Positions 21,101 through 31,607 of a DNA stretch of 64,000 nucleotides are shown here, one piece after another. Each line of letters begins with the position of its first letter. Within the stretch, counting starts at the first letter, position 1. The stretch is from Savitreella phatthalungensis. Lineage: Eukaryota. The notes below the pieces were generated by a model that made no database searches, was not told where the DNA came from, and saw only the letters and a program-made list of their open reading frames with translations. Location: NCBI GenBank assembly GCA_051599415.1, contig AP039713.1:124001-188000 (forward strand), in the 5' to 3' direction. The position numbers were made by a program, and so were the translations under genes.

Positions 21101-22015
21101 TCAGGAGCCCGGATTTGTATTTGCATTCGCACTGGCATGCGCCTTGTCCATGTGCGACTTGTTGCACCAGACGGTGACGAGGGTACCATCGGGATCCCTG
21201 CACTGAAACTCGTGGTACTGTCGAGGTCGCGACCTCACTTCCTTGATCAGATCATCATGGAAATGTCGAGCAAGTTCAGACACCTTTGGAGTGATGAAGT
21301 CTAGACGCAGAGGTGGAACCTCGAACCCGTCATCGCCATGCACAACCACAGGCGATGGACGCACGGCTTTCGCGGGCATTTGTCGTAAGCAGATCTTTGG
21401 ACGACGGCCTGGCGGCGCGTCTTCGGGAGCCATGATCCGCTCATCATCGCGAACATTCAGCTCGCCAGTCTCAGCAGAGCATGTGGGGACAACGCGAAGG
21501 CCGAGACGTTCGTAGAAGCGAACGCTAGCGGCTAGTGATGAGCAATAGATGAAAGGCACAATCTGAGCAGCGTAAATCTGAGGGGATGTTGTAGGGCTCG
21601 GATTGATGACTGTATGGGTCGGCGCATGGGTGACGTGGTTATTGCTTCCTCCTCCGTTGCCGCCGCCACCACCGCCACCACCGCTGTTGCTGTGATGTTG
21701 CGATTGCTCTGGAGGCATGGTCCCAGGCATCTTGAGCTCAAAATTGGGTTGGTGCTGCTGGTGGTGACTCCCACTCCCGTAGTTGTGCTGAGAGTGCCCT
21801 TGACCTTCGAATGCACGTCCAACGTACGACGGCTGTGGTGCGACGTAAGAGGTGACTGGAGCGACGTGGGAGGTCGCAAATTCTGACTTGTTGGTGGTAC
21901 CCAGACCGTATGTGGTCGTTGGATAGGTCTGGGAGGCTGGGTAGTCTGTGCTGAGAGCTGCGTGTGTTGATTGCCTGCGGTTGTCTCCTGGCCTGTTGCT
22001 GGGCTGACGGGACAT
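21101..22015 (-). CDS. Glyoxalase/bleomycin-resistance (VOC)-like domain protein with a Q/H/G/S-rich N-terminus
   Basis: 'IVPFIYCSSLAASVRFYERLGL' and 'YHEFQCRDPDGTLVTV' match the first and last VOC strands. Confidence 0.7.
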   Translation of the reverse strand: MSRQPSNRPGDNRRQSTHAALSTDYPASQTYPTTTYGLGTTNKSEFATSHVAPVTSYVAPQPSYVGRAFEGQGHSQHNYGSGSHHQQHQPNFELKMPGTMPPEQSQHHSNSGGGGGGGGNGGGSNNHVTHAPTHTVINPSPTTSPQIYAAQIVPFIYCSSLAASVRFYERLGLRVVPTCSAETGELNVRDDERIMAPEDAPPGRRPKICLRQMPAKAVRPSPVVVHGDDGFEVPPLRLDFITPKVSELARHFHDDLIKEVRSRPRQYHEFQCRDPDGTLVTVWCNKSHMDKAHASANANTNPGS

Positions 22016-22333
22016 ATCAAGAGCAAATCTATCCTCTTGACCTTTGGACAGAGAGCGAGCAGTTCGGCACGTCGGGACTTATAGGAGATTGTACAACTGG
22101 TGATACGGCACGTCGGGGAGCTGGCATCTGGGTCGGGAGTGACCTGGCATCGAGCACAGAGTGTCGCGAAGCTGCGACGAAGGTATGACCTGGCACTGAA
22201 GCAAGCGAACGAGCAAGTAAGCGCGTGGGTAGGCCAGCCGACTGGTTTTGAGACAAGAGAAATAGCCACGAGGTGCATGAGGATGTTCTCGGCTATATGA
22301 TCAACGTCTCACCGTGAATTCTCCCTATACGGA

Positions 22334-24235
22334 TTACCACACTCTGTCCCAGAAATCGTCCGACGGTGACGGAGACGGGGCAGAGGATGACAAGGAAGTG
22401 TCGTATTCCGATGAAGCGTGCGACCGAGTCCCGCCCGGTGGGTGCCTGTGGTGGGTGCCGAGGTACTCGAGGTCATCGTCAGAATCCGGGTCAAGGTCGA
22501 CCGTCTCCTGGTGTCGGTGGTGCTGCTGTCGCTGCACGTAGTGTTGATGGTGGTGATGGTGATGGTGGTGGCGCTGTTGCGCTTGGCTCGTTGGCGGCTG
22601 CCAGGGTCGTGAATGAGGGGAAAGGTCAGACCCGAAGGAGCCGGCCTGGTGTCCAGGGTCACCTTCGGGAACTGCCCAGCCGGTCCGATTCTCTGAGCTG
22701 CCTTCCTGCATGCTGTCTCTACTGGCAGAATCACGAGGAACGCGTTGGGCGGAATTTGACGGCGAACGGGACGGTCGCTCGTGCCAACGCAAATCTTCGC
22801 CAGTTATGATACCGTGACCGTGCGGGTGATGAACGTTCGGCGATGCTGTGTGAGGGTATGGCGAAATTGCGTGAGGATCGGATGCCAGTGCGCGGATGGC
22901 TGCACGGTGCGGTGTCCTTGCGAGGATATTGGCGGTCGCGAACGGAACGTTCCTGATCTGACCGGCCTTCGCGGTAGTCACAATCCAGTGAGCCATGTGG
23001 TCGGGCGTCAGCCTCGTAGAGAACGAGCGCGGGGTGCTAAGCCAGCTGGCGACGATACCTGCGACAAACGGCGCTGCGAGCGAGGTCCCGGACGCGACAG
23101 AGTACCGATCGCCAGGATCTTCCAGCCAGGCTGCGAGGATGTCGGCCGCTGGAGCGATCAGGGTGACACAGCTACCGTGGTTGGAGGAAGTGAAAAACCT
23201 GTCTTTGGCGGTCGACCCTGCAACGGCGATGACACGACGGCTGTCGTTCGGTGAGTAGCCGCACGCATCCGCGTTCTCATTACCCGCAGAGCTCACAGGG
23301 AACATGCCCATTCCTGCCGCTGTCTCGAAAGCGTCGGTCAGATAGCGACTGCGAAGGATGGTCATAGCGAGGACGAGGACGCTCGGAGGGCGATGAGCTT
23401 GCACCATCTGATTGACGCTGTACTCGACTCCGTTGATGACGTCCCAGACTGTGGACGCTTGTGCCTCGCCGTACACCTTGACCGACCTGATCTCTGCTTC
23501 TTGGGCGACGCCGACTGTTTTCCCAGCAGCGAGACTGGCGATCCGGGTGCCATGGCCATTGCCATCGTAGTTCAGCAATGCGTATCCGCGCGAGAAGTCT
23601 CCAAACACATCACACTGACACCGGCCGCGCAGCGACTCGTGCATACAATTGACTCCCGTATCGAGGACGTAGATTGACACACCTTGTCCTTGAAGGTCCT
23701 GGTCATAGATGTAGTCGTGAACGGCGAGTTGACGTGTGTTGTACTGTTCGTCGCTGAGCCGCGCGTCATGGGACATACGCCACAATGGCCAGGTCGACCT
23801 GGATATGATTCGCTCGACTGACGGCTTGATGCTCGTGTCTGCTTCGACAAGGACGCCTTTCGTAGAGCGCAGGCTCGCGAGAATACTTGCGTCGGTATCT
23901 GCAGGCAACCAAACGGCGTTCATGAATAACGATTTGCGTTTTCGTCGCTCTCCGCTCTTCTCCTCGAGCAGGCCTGCCGTGGCTTGTGTCAGGTTCGGGT
24001 GGAGAAGCGTATCGATGGCAGTCTTGCTCGAACTCCATACGATATAGCCATGCACCGCAGATAAGTTCGTTTGGATCTCAGCATCCTCGAGCAGATCCGA
24101 CTTGCCTGGGGCTGACCCTGGAGTTGGGCTCGACTTTGGGGTCGATGTGAGAGAAGGAGGACGCATGCAGGCACCTTGCTTTGCAGCGGCCGCCGCCAGA
24201 CAGGAGCATAGAGCTGCCAAAAAGGCCAATCGCAT
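22334..24235 (-). CDS. Secreted subtilisin-like serine protease (S8A, proteinase K type) with a His-rich C-terminal extension
   Basis: Signal peptide and prodomain. Catalytic triad 'VLDTG', 'DGNGHGT', 'SGTSLAAPFVAG'. Oxyanion 'SAGNENADAC'. Confidence 0.92.
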   Translation of the reverse strand: MRLAFLAALCSCLAAAAAKQGACMRPPSLTSTPKSSPTPGSAPGKSDLLEDAEIQTNLSAVHGYIVWSSSKTAIDTLLHPNLTQATAGLLEEKSGERRKRKSLFMNAVWLPADTDASILASLRSTKGVLVEADTSIKPSVERIISRSTWPLWRMSHDARLSDEQYNTRQLAVHDYIYDQDLQGQGVSIYVLDTGVNCMHESLRGRCQCDVFGDFSRGYALLNYDGNGHGTRIASLAAGKTVGVAQEAEIRSVKVYGEAQASTVWDVINGVEYSVNQMVQAHRPPSVLVLAMTILRSRYLTDAFETAAGMGMFPVSSAGNENADACGYSPNDSRRVIAVAGSTAKDRFFTSSNHGSCVTLIAPAADILAAWLEDPGDRYSVASGTSLAAPFVAGIVASWLSTPRSFSTRLTPDHMAHWIVTTAKAGQIRNVPFATANILARTPHRAAIRALASDPHAISPYPHTASPNVHHPHGHGIITGEDLRWHERPSRSPSNSAQRVPRDSASRDSMQEGSSENRTGWAVPEGDPGHQAGSFGSDLSPHSRPWQPPTSQAQQRHHHHHHHHQHYVQRQQHHRHQETVDLDPDSDDDLEYLGTHHRHPPGGTRSHASSEYDTSLSSSAPSPSPSDDFWDRVW

Positions 24236-24975
24236 CTCTCGCGTCGATCTGACAGCGAGAACATCCCGCCTTTTCAGAGCGTGTCAACGATCGGAGCAGC
24301 ACTCCACATGACCATTTCACGAGACAGAAGGTGCCCGGGGAGGATGTCCGAGCGCGGCGATATTTGGAGTGATATTCTGTTCCTCGATGGCGTGCTTCTC
24401 AGCATTACTTAGGGGGACGCAGAAGTCATGCCGCTTGCAGGCGAGCCATGCGGACTAGGGAGACCACCGAGGGTGACGAGTGAGGCGTTGCTCTCGTGAC
24501 AGACGAAGATGGGTATCACATTCTCCTGCCACGGAAGCAATGCGAAGCTCGACGCCGTGAAGCTCCGAAGTCGCAAACACGATGTATCTAACACATCAGG
24601 TAAAATGCAACCTAGAGCGATGTCTTTGGACGCTTGATGGGAGTCAGGTGAGACAGAAAGCCCCTAAGATTGAAAGTCCTCAGAGGCAGATGTGATCTAG
24701 CAGCAATTGAGAACACCCAGCTGAGAGCGTCTACTTACCGTAGCCTGATGGCCTCTTCGACTCCTTACATCATTGCTTCAAGGGCAAGGGGAGAAGAAAA
24801 AGAAGGATGTCATCGTCGTTGTGGTTGAGGTTGAGCTTGTTCGTGCATTCAAGCTCGGGTTATATCTCCTTGCACGTGATGTATAAAACCTTCGGAGAAC
24901 TCTCGAAGAAGCCAGCTCGCACAAAGGATCACTTCAAGAGACGCGGTAGTAGATAGATCTACAGGCCATACAAGT

Positions 24976-25413
24976 ATGGACGCGGACGAGCTACAGAGGA
25001 TTCGTGCTGCTCGACTAGCTGAGCTACAAGCACAGCACGGTGGTGGTGGTCCCGGCGGAGGTAGTGGTGGCAGGGGTGCAGCCGCTGGTGGTGCTAATGG
25101 TGCTGGTGGAGCTGATCAGCGTGAGCAGGAGGCGACAGCACGTCATGCGATGCTGTCACAGGTTCTCGACGCTTCTGCGCGTGATCGACTGAGACGTATT
25201 GCGATCGTGAAACCGGACAGGGCGAGGGCGATCGAAGATATGGTGCTCGGGATGGCACGCCGTGGGCAGATTCGCCAGCGGGTTACGGAGCAGGAGCTCG
25301 TAGGCCTGCTGAGCGATATTGCTGGAAAAGAGGAAGAGGAAGCAGCGAGCTCAGGCAAAGGCAAAATCACCTTCCAAAGGCGTCGTGACAGCTTCGACGA
25401 AGACTGGGATTGA
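24976..25413 (+). CDS. PDCD5/TFAR19 dsDNA-binding family protein
   Basis: 'ELQRIRAARLAELQ', 'LSQVLDASARDRLRRIAIVKPDRARAIE', 'KITFQRRR...DED'. Confidence 0.92.
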   Translation: MDADELQRIRAARLAELQAQHGGGGPGGGSGGRGAAAGGANGAGGADQREQEATARHAMLSQVLDASARDRLRRIAIVKPDRARAIEDMVLGMARRGQIRQRVTEQELVGLLSDIAGKEEEEAASSGKGKITFQRRRDSFDEDWD

Positions 25414-25431
25414 GCTCGGCAAGATCTCTCT

Positions 25432-26685
25432 TCACACCGGAGGTCTCGCTGCTGCTGCTGCTGCTGCTGCAAGCTCGATGAGGTCGAGTCGCGTCCGCCA
25501 CAGTATTTCCAACTGTGTGCGGATTCCCCGGCGCAGCTCTGCCGACGTGAGACGGTCTAGAACATGTCGAGCGTCCTCGCGCTCCCGGTCGAGCACTTGG
25601 AGAAGTTTGGCACGGACAGCGCCGGACTCTTTTCGTCCTGTTGAATGACCGTCCTTGAACAGCTCGACTGCTCTAAGAGCATCACTTCCATCCGAGTGGC
25701 AGTCGTGTTCCGACACATTTGCTAGTCTGAGCGCGACGAGTGTCCGAAATGATGGCTCACCTCGGATATCGATCGTATATTCCCCTTCGTAGTCCCACGA
25801 CCGCAGTTTCTGCCGATGAGATGGCTTGAGGAGGTCCAGCTTGTCAATCGTAGCGTCTAGGTTAAGGACGTCATCTGCGTTGTTCTCCAAGCAGAAGCCG
25901 TACTCGACTAGGAGAGCGTCGTTCGCGTGCGCGCCGTAGGAGATACAGACCTCGTCGCCTTTTGAGATTGGCGTCCCAGATGTGACAACGACAGTGAGCC
26001 CTGTGAGTGTGTGTCTCAGCGTGGCGACCGGGCTGGCCTTGTTGGTGTCTGCGGTGGTGGCGGTGGGTGCATGGTTGACCATGTCGATGTACGGGCACAG
26101 GGCATAGTTGTCCTGAGGTGGTGACGACGGCGAGATCGACTGCCAGATCGTTCGAGTATTCACACAAAGCCAGGCCCACTGGAAGGCAGCCAGACCCGCA
26201 TCGTTATCAAGGCAAATTCCATTGTACGCCGGATACTTCTCGCACAGATGCTTGGCAGCCTCCAGATGTGCGTCGTACTCCGCTCGCTGCTTGCTTAGCA
26301 GTGATCTCGTCGACGCCGGCAGCAACTCACATTCTTCCGGTGTCCATGTCAATGGGACGGATGAGAAGTCACGCGGGAGACTGGCGATGTACGTCCCGAG
26401 TGTACCTTCTGGAGGGTCTGATCTGTGAGCTAGCAGGTATACGGACAATGCGGGGTGTGCTGAGCAAGGAGGTCTGCGGTATTCGAAGCCTGCTTCACGG
26501 CCTACAGTCTTAAGATTCAGGAGACGAGCTTTAGGGACGTGGATGAGAGTGGTCTCCCGCGTAAGGGTAGAAAGAGCTCTCACTTGACGGCCTGAACCTC
26601 CAGCTTGATCTACTAGCTCGACGCCATGAATAGTGATTCCCGAGATGAGTGCCCCAGGAAGGTCTACAACCTCAGGGATACTCAT
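25432..26685 (-). CDS. SET-domain (Rubisco LSMT/Rkm-like) protein lysine methyltransferase
   Basis: 'WAWLCVNTR', 'ALCPYIDMVNH', 'EVCISYGAHANDALLVEYGF'. Confidence 0.88.
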   Translation of the reverse strand: MSIPEVVDLPGALISGITIHGVELVDQAGGSGRQVRALSTLTRETTLIHVPKARLLNLKTVGREAGFEYRRPPCSAHPALSVYLLAHRSDPPEGTLGTYIASLPRDFSSVPLTWTPEECELLPASTRSLLSKQRAEYDAHLEAAKHLCEKYPAYNGICLDNDAGLAAFQWAWLCVNTRTIWQSISPSSPPQDNYALCPYIDMVNHAPTATTADTNKASPVATLRHTLTGLTVVVTSGTPISKGDEVCISYGAHANDALLVEYGFCLENNADDVLNLDATIDKLDLLKPSHRQKLRSWDYEGEYTIDIRGEPSFRTLVALRLANVSEHDCHSDGSDALRAVELFKDGHSTGRKESGAVRAKLLQVLDREREDARHVLDRLTSAELRRGIRTQLEILWRTRLDLIELAAAAAAAARPPV

Positions 26686-26979
26686 TCTCCTGCCTCCCTT
26701 GAGGCATATGTCCTCTCTCTTCTCTCTCTATTCTATTGATACCTTGTCCTTGAACAATGTCCTGCATCCTCGAGGCTAGCTTTGATTGTATACTTTGTGC
26801 AATCACGTGTATGTTGTGCTGAAGTCTTGGCAATTGGAGAAGATCAATATCCATCATATCGCAACGGCAGTCATCACCATCACCGTCATCCCACACACCT
26901 CACACCAGTCTATAACAACACGCAAGGAAGACTGTGAACTGCTGTACCCTGCACGTCCTCGCGGCGGAGACTATAGAGG

Positions 26980-28101
26980 ATGAACTTCTTCAGACTTTTA
27001 GGTGATCTATGTCACCTGTACTCGATTCTTGTGCTTATCTACAAGATGCATGCACGGAAGACTTGCGCTGGAGTCTCTCTTCGAACGCGAGCGCTCTATA
27101 TGCTCGTCTTTCTGGCTCGCTATGAGGACTTGTTCTTGTACTTTGTGAGCGTATATAACACGCTGATGAAGCTGCTTTATTTGGGATCGACTGGGTGGAT
27201 TGTTTGGTTGATGGTGGGCAGTCCGATGTACAAGGATACGTGGTACAGGGAGCTTGACCGCTTTGCTGTGCTGCCGCTGGTGTCTGTGTCTGCTGTGCTG
27301 GCGATTATTTGCACGGCGAGATACACATTCTTTGAGGTCAGCTGGACATTCAGCATCATCCTCGAGTCTGTCGCGATTCTCCCGCAACTCCACCATCTTA
27401 CCTTGGTACCCACGCTCCCGGCACTCCCGCTCTCACACCTCGTCGCCTTGGGACTTTACAGGTTCTTCTACGTCGTCAATTGGGTCTTCCGACTCGCTTT
27501 CGACAGCGATGCTACTTCTTCCGGCGGCTGGGACAATACAGCCTTCATCTTTGGCGTCATTCAGACGCTCGTCTGGGCGGATTTCATGTGGGTTTGGTAC
27601 AACAGGAAACAGATCAAGCTGCCTGGTGTGTCTACGTCGGTAGAGGATGGCCGCGGCGCGGTTGACGGGGAAGGATCTGCAGTCGACGAAGGCGATATGG
27701 CCAAGTCTCTTGTCCTCCAGAACTTGTTCAAGGCGGCTGTGTGGGCCGACAACAAGGTCCTCGGCGGCCGCGCACGTGTCCACCAGCAGCTCTCCGTCAG
27801 CGCGTACCCGGACCATCAGGTCAGAATCGAGCGCGGAGCAGGCGGCGCTTACTCCGACGACGTCCCACCAGTAAATGAGCCAGCGGCACCACAGACAAGT
27901 CCACCTGCGCCGGTAACGGTCCCAGCATCCGCAACTGTACCAGCTCCCTTCTCTCCACCAGCAGGAATTAAGGACCCTTGGAAATCCGGAGACGCCTCAA
28001 TCAAAGCACAATCGGCCACAAGTAAGCCAACTGGGTCGTCAACTGCCGAAACTTCGACGACAGCAAAGACGACAAAGCAAGATGACTTTGATGTCGAGTA
28101 A
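26980..28101 (+). CDS. ER lumen protein-retaining (KDEL/HDEL) receptor family, ERD2-like, with a long C-terminal tail
   Basis: 'MNFFRLLGDLCHL', 'GVSLRT..LY..VF.ARY.DLF', 'SVYNTLMK', 'WTFSIILESVAILPQL', 'LGLYR.FY..NW'. Confidence 0.9.
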   Translation: MNFFRLLGDLCHLYSILVLIYKMHARKTCAGVSLRTRALYMLVFLARYEDLFLYFVSVYNTLMKLLYLGSTGWIVWLMVGSPMYKDTWYRELDRFAVLPLVSVSAVLAIICTARYTFFEVSWTFSIILESVAILPQLHHLTLVPTLPALPLSHLVALGLYRFFYVVNWVFRLAFDSDATSSGGWDNTAFIFGVIQTLVWADFMWVWYNRKQIKLPGVSTSVEDGRGAVDGEGSAVDEGDMAKSLVLQNLFKAAVWADNKVLGGRARVHQQLSVSAYPDHQVRIERGAGGAYSDDVPPVNEPAAPQTSPPAPVTVPASATVPAPFSPPAGIKDPWKSGDASIKAQSATSKPTGSSTAETSTTAKTTKQDDFDVE

Positions 28102-28135
28102 GATAGCATAACTTGCAGATCAATTGATTGGTTGA

Positions 28136-29662
28136 TCAGACGAGTGTGGAACTGCCGCCGAGCATGCCTGCGTATTTGTCGACGCCTGGAATACCATGTG
28201 TATCGACTGTTCCGTCTGAGAAGTCTCTCAGACATGCGTCGAGAGCTGTGAGGAAGGCGTCGAGTTCTTGCTTTGTGACAGTGAGTGGTGGGGTGAGTTT
28301 GAGGGTTGTGGATTGAACGAGCTTGGCGAGGATGCCTCTTGACATGAGGAGCATGCTGAGATGCCAGGCGGTCCATTTGCGTTCGCTGGATCGGTTCAGC
28401 TGCGTCTCGTGCACATCAAAAGCGACCAGCAAGCCGATCCCGCGAATTTCCCCAATCGCAGACCTGCCAACAACGTCACGAAGCCTACACAATCCTTGCA
28501 CGAGGTACGGACCGAGTTCTGCTGCACGGTCGCAGAGCTGCTCGTCGTGTAGGATCGCGAGGGCCTCGATGGTGGCGACGGTCGAGAGCGGACTGCCTGA
28601 GAAGGTTGCGCCGTGAGTGTTGGGTCGGATGGCTGCCATGTGGTGTGAGTCTGCTAGGACGACGGAGGTTGGGTAAGTGCCACCGGATAGGGACTTTGCG
28701 AGCAGGAGGACATCAGGGCGGACGTCAGGAGCAATGCCTGTGCATGCGACCATGTGACCACATCGACCGAGACCCACCTGGATCTCATCAGCAATGTACA
28801 GCGCACCCCGGGAGCGACACAAATCACGCACGAAACGCAACCACGAAGCACTTGGCACAATCACACCAGCCTCACCTTGTACAGACTCGACGAGGACGGC
28901 GCAGATCCGGGAGCCAACGGTGTCGAACGCCGCCCGTAAGGAAGCTTCGTCGTTGTAGACGAGCTTCTTTGTTGGGTTGGACGCGTCATAGAAGGGGGAG
29001 ACGCCTGGGATGAAGGGCCCATAGTTGGTCCGATTATTGGTAGCAGATGACATGGAGGTTGCAAGAGACGTCCGGCCGTGATAATTATTGGTGAATGTTA
29101 GGACGAGGGCCTGGTCAGACGGGATGGCCAGCTGGCTGTATCCCCATGACCGGGCTAGCTTGATTGCACACTCGACTGCTTCAGCGCCGCCGTTCAATGG
29201 TAGTACGCGCTCATAGCCGAAAGTCTTTGTGACGACGCGGCAGAAGTCTGCAGCTGATGCGTGCGTGAACGCGCGAGAGGCCAGAGTAAGCGTCTCCAGC
29301 TGACTCTGAAGGACTTTGACCAGTCGAGGATGACAATGTCCGAGGTTCATCGCGCAATAAGCACCTCCGAAATCGATCAGCTCCCGGCCGTCTACATCCC
29401 AGACACGCGTGCCCAGTCCTCGGGCCATGACGAAAGGGAGCGGCGTGTAGTTGAGCGCTCCGTACTTTCGTTCCGTGCAAATGAGTGCATAACTCTTATC
29501 GTCAGGTGTCGAGAACGACAGATTCTTCGAAGACGTCGCATGAGAGTCCATCTGAGTGGAGGTCAAGCACGCGAAGGACTCGTCAATGTTGCTTGTCTCC
29601 TGGTCTTGTACGCTCGCTTGCTTTACTGTTAGCTCGATCGAGAGTATTGTAGACCCTGTCAT
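28136..29662 (-). CDS. Class III aminotransferase, ornithine aminotransferase-like
   Basis: 'NYTPLP', 'VWDVDG', 'NLGHCHP', 'LTLASRAF', 'GAEAVE.AIKLAR.WGY', 'ESVQGEAG', 'ADEIQ.GLGR', PLP lysine in 'LAKSLSGG'. Confidence 0.88.
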   Translation of the reverse strand: MTGSTILSIELTVKQASVQDQETSNIDESFACLTSTQMDSHATSSKNLSFSTPDDKSYALICTERKYGALNYTPLPFVMARGLGTRVWDVDGRELIDFGGAYCAMNLGHCHPRLVKVLQSQLETLTLASRAFTHASAADFCRVVTKTFGYERVLPLNGGAEAVECAIKLARSWGYSQLAIPSDQALVLTFTNNYHGRTSLATSMSSATNNRTNYGPFIPGVSPFYDASNPTKKLVYNDEASLRAAFDTVGSRICAVLVESVQGEAGVIVPSASWLRFVRDLCRSRGALYIADEIQVGLGRCGHMVACTGIAPDVRPDVLLLAKSLSGGTYPTSVVLADSHHMAAIRPNTHGATFSGSPLSTVATIEALAILHDEQLCDRAAELGPYLVQGLCRLRDVVGRSAIGEIRGIGLLVAFDVHETQLNRSSERKWTAWHLSMLLMSRGILAKLVQSTTLKLTPPLTVTKQELDAFLTALDACLRDFSDGTVDTHGIPGVDKYAGMLGGSSTLV

Positions 29663-29893
29663 GAATGGAAGACTGCCTGCAGAGAAACTCGAATTATGAA
29701 TTGCCAGAATAGGAAATCCCGTGTGTGATTGAGTATATTCAAGAGATCCCGCAGATGGAGGCTGAGGAAGGCGATTGGTTACATTAACCGAAGCAACAGA
29801 CCAAGTGGGGAACTCCCATCGTCAATCTCCATTGATCACGTCCTTGCGTCTTACACATCCAGGAACTGGTCCTTGGAGTTGCGAGCTGAGGAT

Positions 29894-30760
29894 ATGGGTG
29901 TCGAGGTAGAGCACGGAGAGGTTTCTCTTGACAATGGCTGGAGACTTCGCTGGGTCAGGAGTGTGCCGGTAGATGACCAGAAGCAGACTCTCGTACTCCT
30001 CCATTCATTCCTCATGGACTGTCACCAATACGATGCCGAGCTGGAGGACGAGGAGCTGCGTGGAAAATACAATCTCGTGTCATTTGACCTTCCTGGTCAT
30101 GGTGGATGCAGTGCTCCGGATAGCTGTACAGGCAAGGATATGCTGGACAATGTTGCACCGATAATCGATGGTTATCTGCGAGAACGCCTCGGCGTGCGCA
30201 AATACAGCGTGCTAGGCACGAGTATGGGAGGAATGCTTGCTATGCGTTTAGCAGCTGTCGCTGATGAGGAAGTCATTGACAAGGTGTACTTGCTCGGTAC
30301 GAGTGCTGGAGCAGAGTCGCCGGGAATGATCGAGCGGTTCAACAATACACGTGATGCCTGGATCGATAAAGATCTCGGCAGACCGTCAGATAGAGCGCTT
30401 GAAGCGAAAGCTGCATCATTCGGAGGTGTGGAATATGCCGGCAGAGCATTGTACGAAAAGTGCAGAGCTCTGTGGCTCGGGAGGTATGGTACACGGGAAG
30501 CATTTGAGAATGCCATGTCGCCACTCAGAGATCGAACGAGCTTTGAAGCAAGACTCGGACAGATGAGATGCCGACGTGTGGTGGTAATGCACGGGGATAA
30601 GGACAGAATATACAGTGTGGATCATGCACAGCGGATAGCTGACGGTGTGAGACAAGAGCAGCTGGAGCGATGTGAGATTGTCGAGGGTGGACAGCACTAC
30701 CTATCATTCGTCCAACCGGGGAAAGCACGTGTAAGAGCGCACTTGTTGGAGTACCAGTGA
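29894..30760 (+). CDS. Alpha/beta hydrolase (enol-lactonase-like)
   Basis: 'LVLLHSF', 'FDLPGHG', nucleophile elbow 'GTSMGG', 'HGDKD', 'GGQHY'. First ATG at 29894. Confidence 0.85.
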   Translation: MGVEVEHGEVSLDNGWRLRWVRSVPVDDQKQTLVLLHSFLMDCHQYDAELEDEELRGKYNLVSFDLPGHGGCSAPDSCTGKDMLDNVAPIIDGYLRERLGVRKYSVLGTSMGGMLAMRLAAVADEEVIDKVYLLGTSAGAESPGMIERFNNTRDAWIDKDLGRPSDRALEAKAASFGGVEYAGRALYEKCRALWLGRYGTREAFENAMSPLRDRTSFEARLGQMRCRRVVVMHGDKDRIYSVDHAQRIADGVRQEQLERCEIVEGGQHYLSFVQPGKARVRAHLLEYQ

Positions 30761-31607
30761 GTAATAGATCTCGACTGGTGAGTAACAAATCTCAACTGAG
30801 CAACAGCTTTCAATTGGTACATGAGCTCGAGTGGAGCAAATGACACCGATATGACTTATCAAAGAGTATCTTTAGCTGCGCTTTTGCGTTTCCGCTCTTC
30901 CATAAATATGAGTGAGTACTTTGTTATTTGAATGAGAGAAAGCGCATACACATAGAATATCTCTCAGCAACTTGACACATCTCTTGCGAGCGTCTATAAC
31001 TGTGGATGGGCGAGTCCCTCTTGAGCAGATACCCATTGATCAGGAGGGAGAGAGAGAGAGAGGTGTCTATGTGTATAGGTGCGTGTGAGTGTGTGTGAGT
31101 GTGTATGTGTATGAGTGGGTAGTTAGTGGTGCACGTGAAAGTGGGATGTTTACTCTATAAAATTTAATTCACTTTATTCTTCCCCAAATTCACGTGCAGC
31201 TAGTCGAATCCACATCAGCGGAAATGCACTGCAGTGCACTGACCCACAGAAATATATCCACCTGCACCTCTACCTGTATACACACATATATACACACCTA
31301 TACATATACACGTACCCAGTCAACCTCACCAGACGCGACAAACAACGCGCTAAACCTCTCTCTATTCCTCTTCTCCCTTATCCTCTCCATCATCCACTCA
31401 AAGAGTCCGTGCGCATCTCTTACTCCACGGCTCAAGACATATCTATCACTCCTCCCTCCAGAGAGAGAGGGCTTCAATCTTCAATGGCGTGAAAATTAGA
31501 CGCGCTTCTATTTCAGTCTTCTCCTCCTTCTTCGCCTTCTTCTCCTTCCTCTGCTTCCTCTTGCTCCTGCTATACATCTGTCTCCTCAGATCTAGCCATC
31601 TCCTTTC

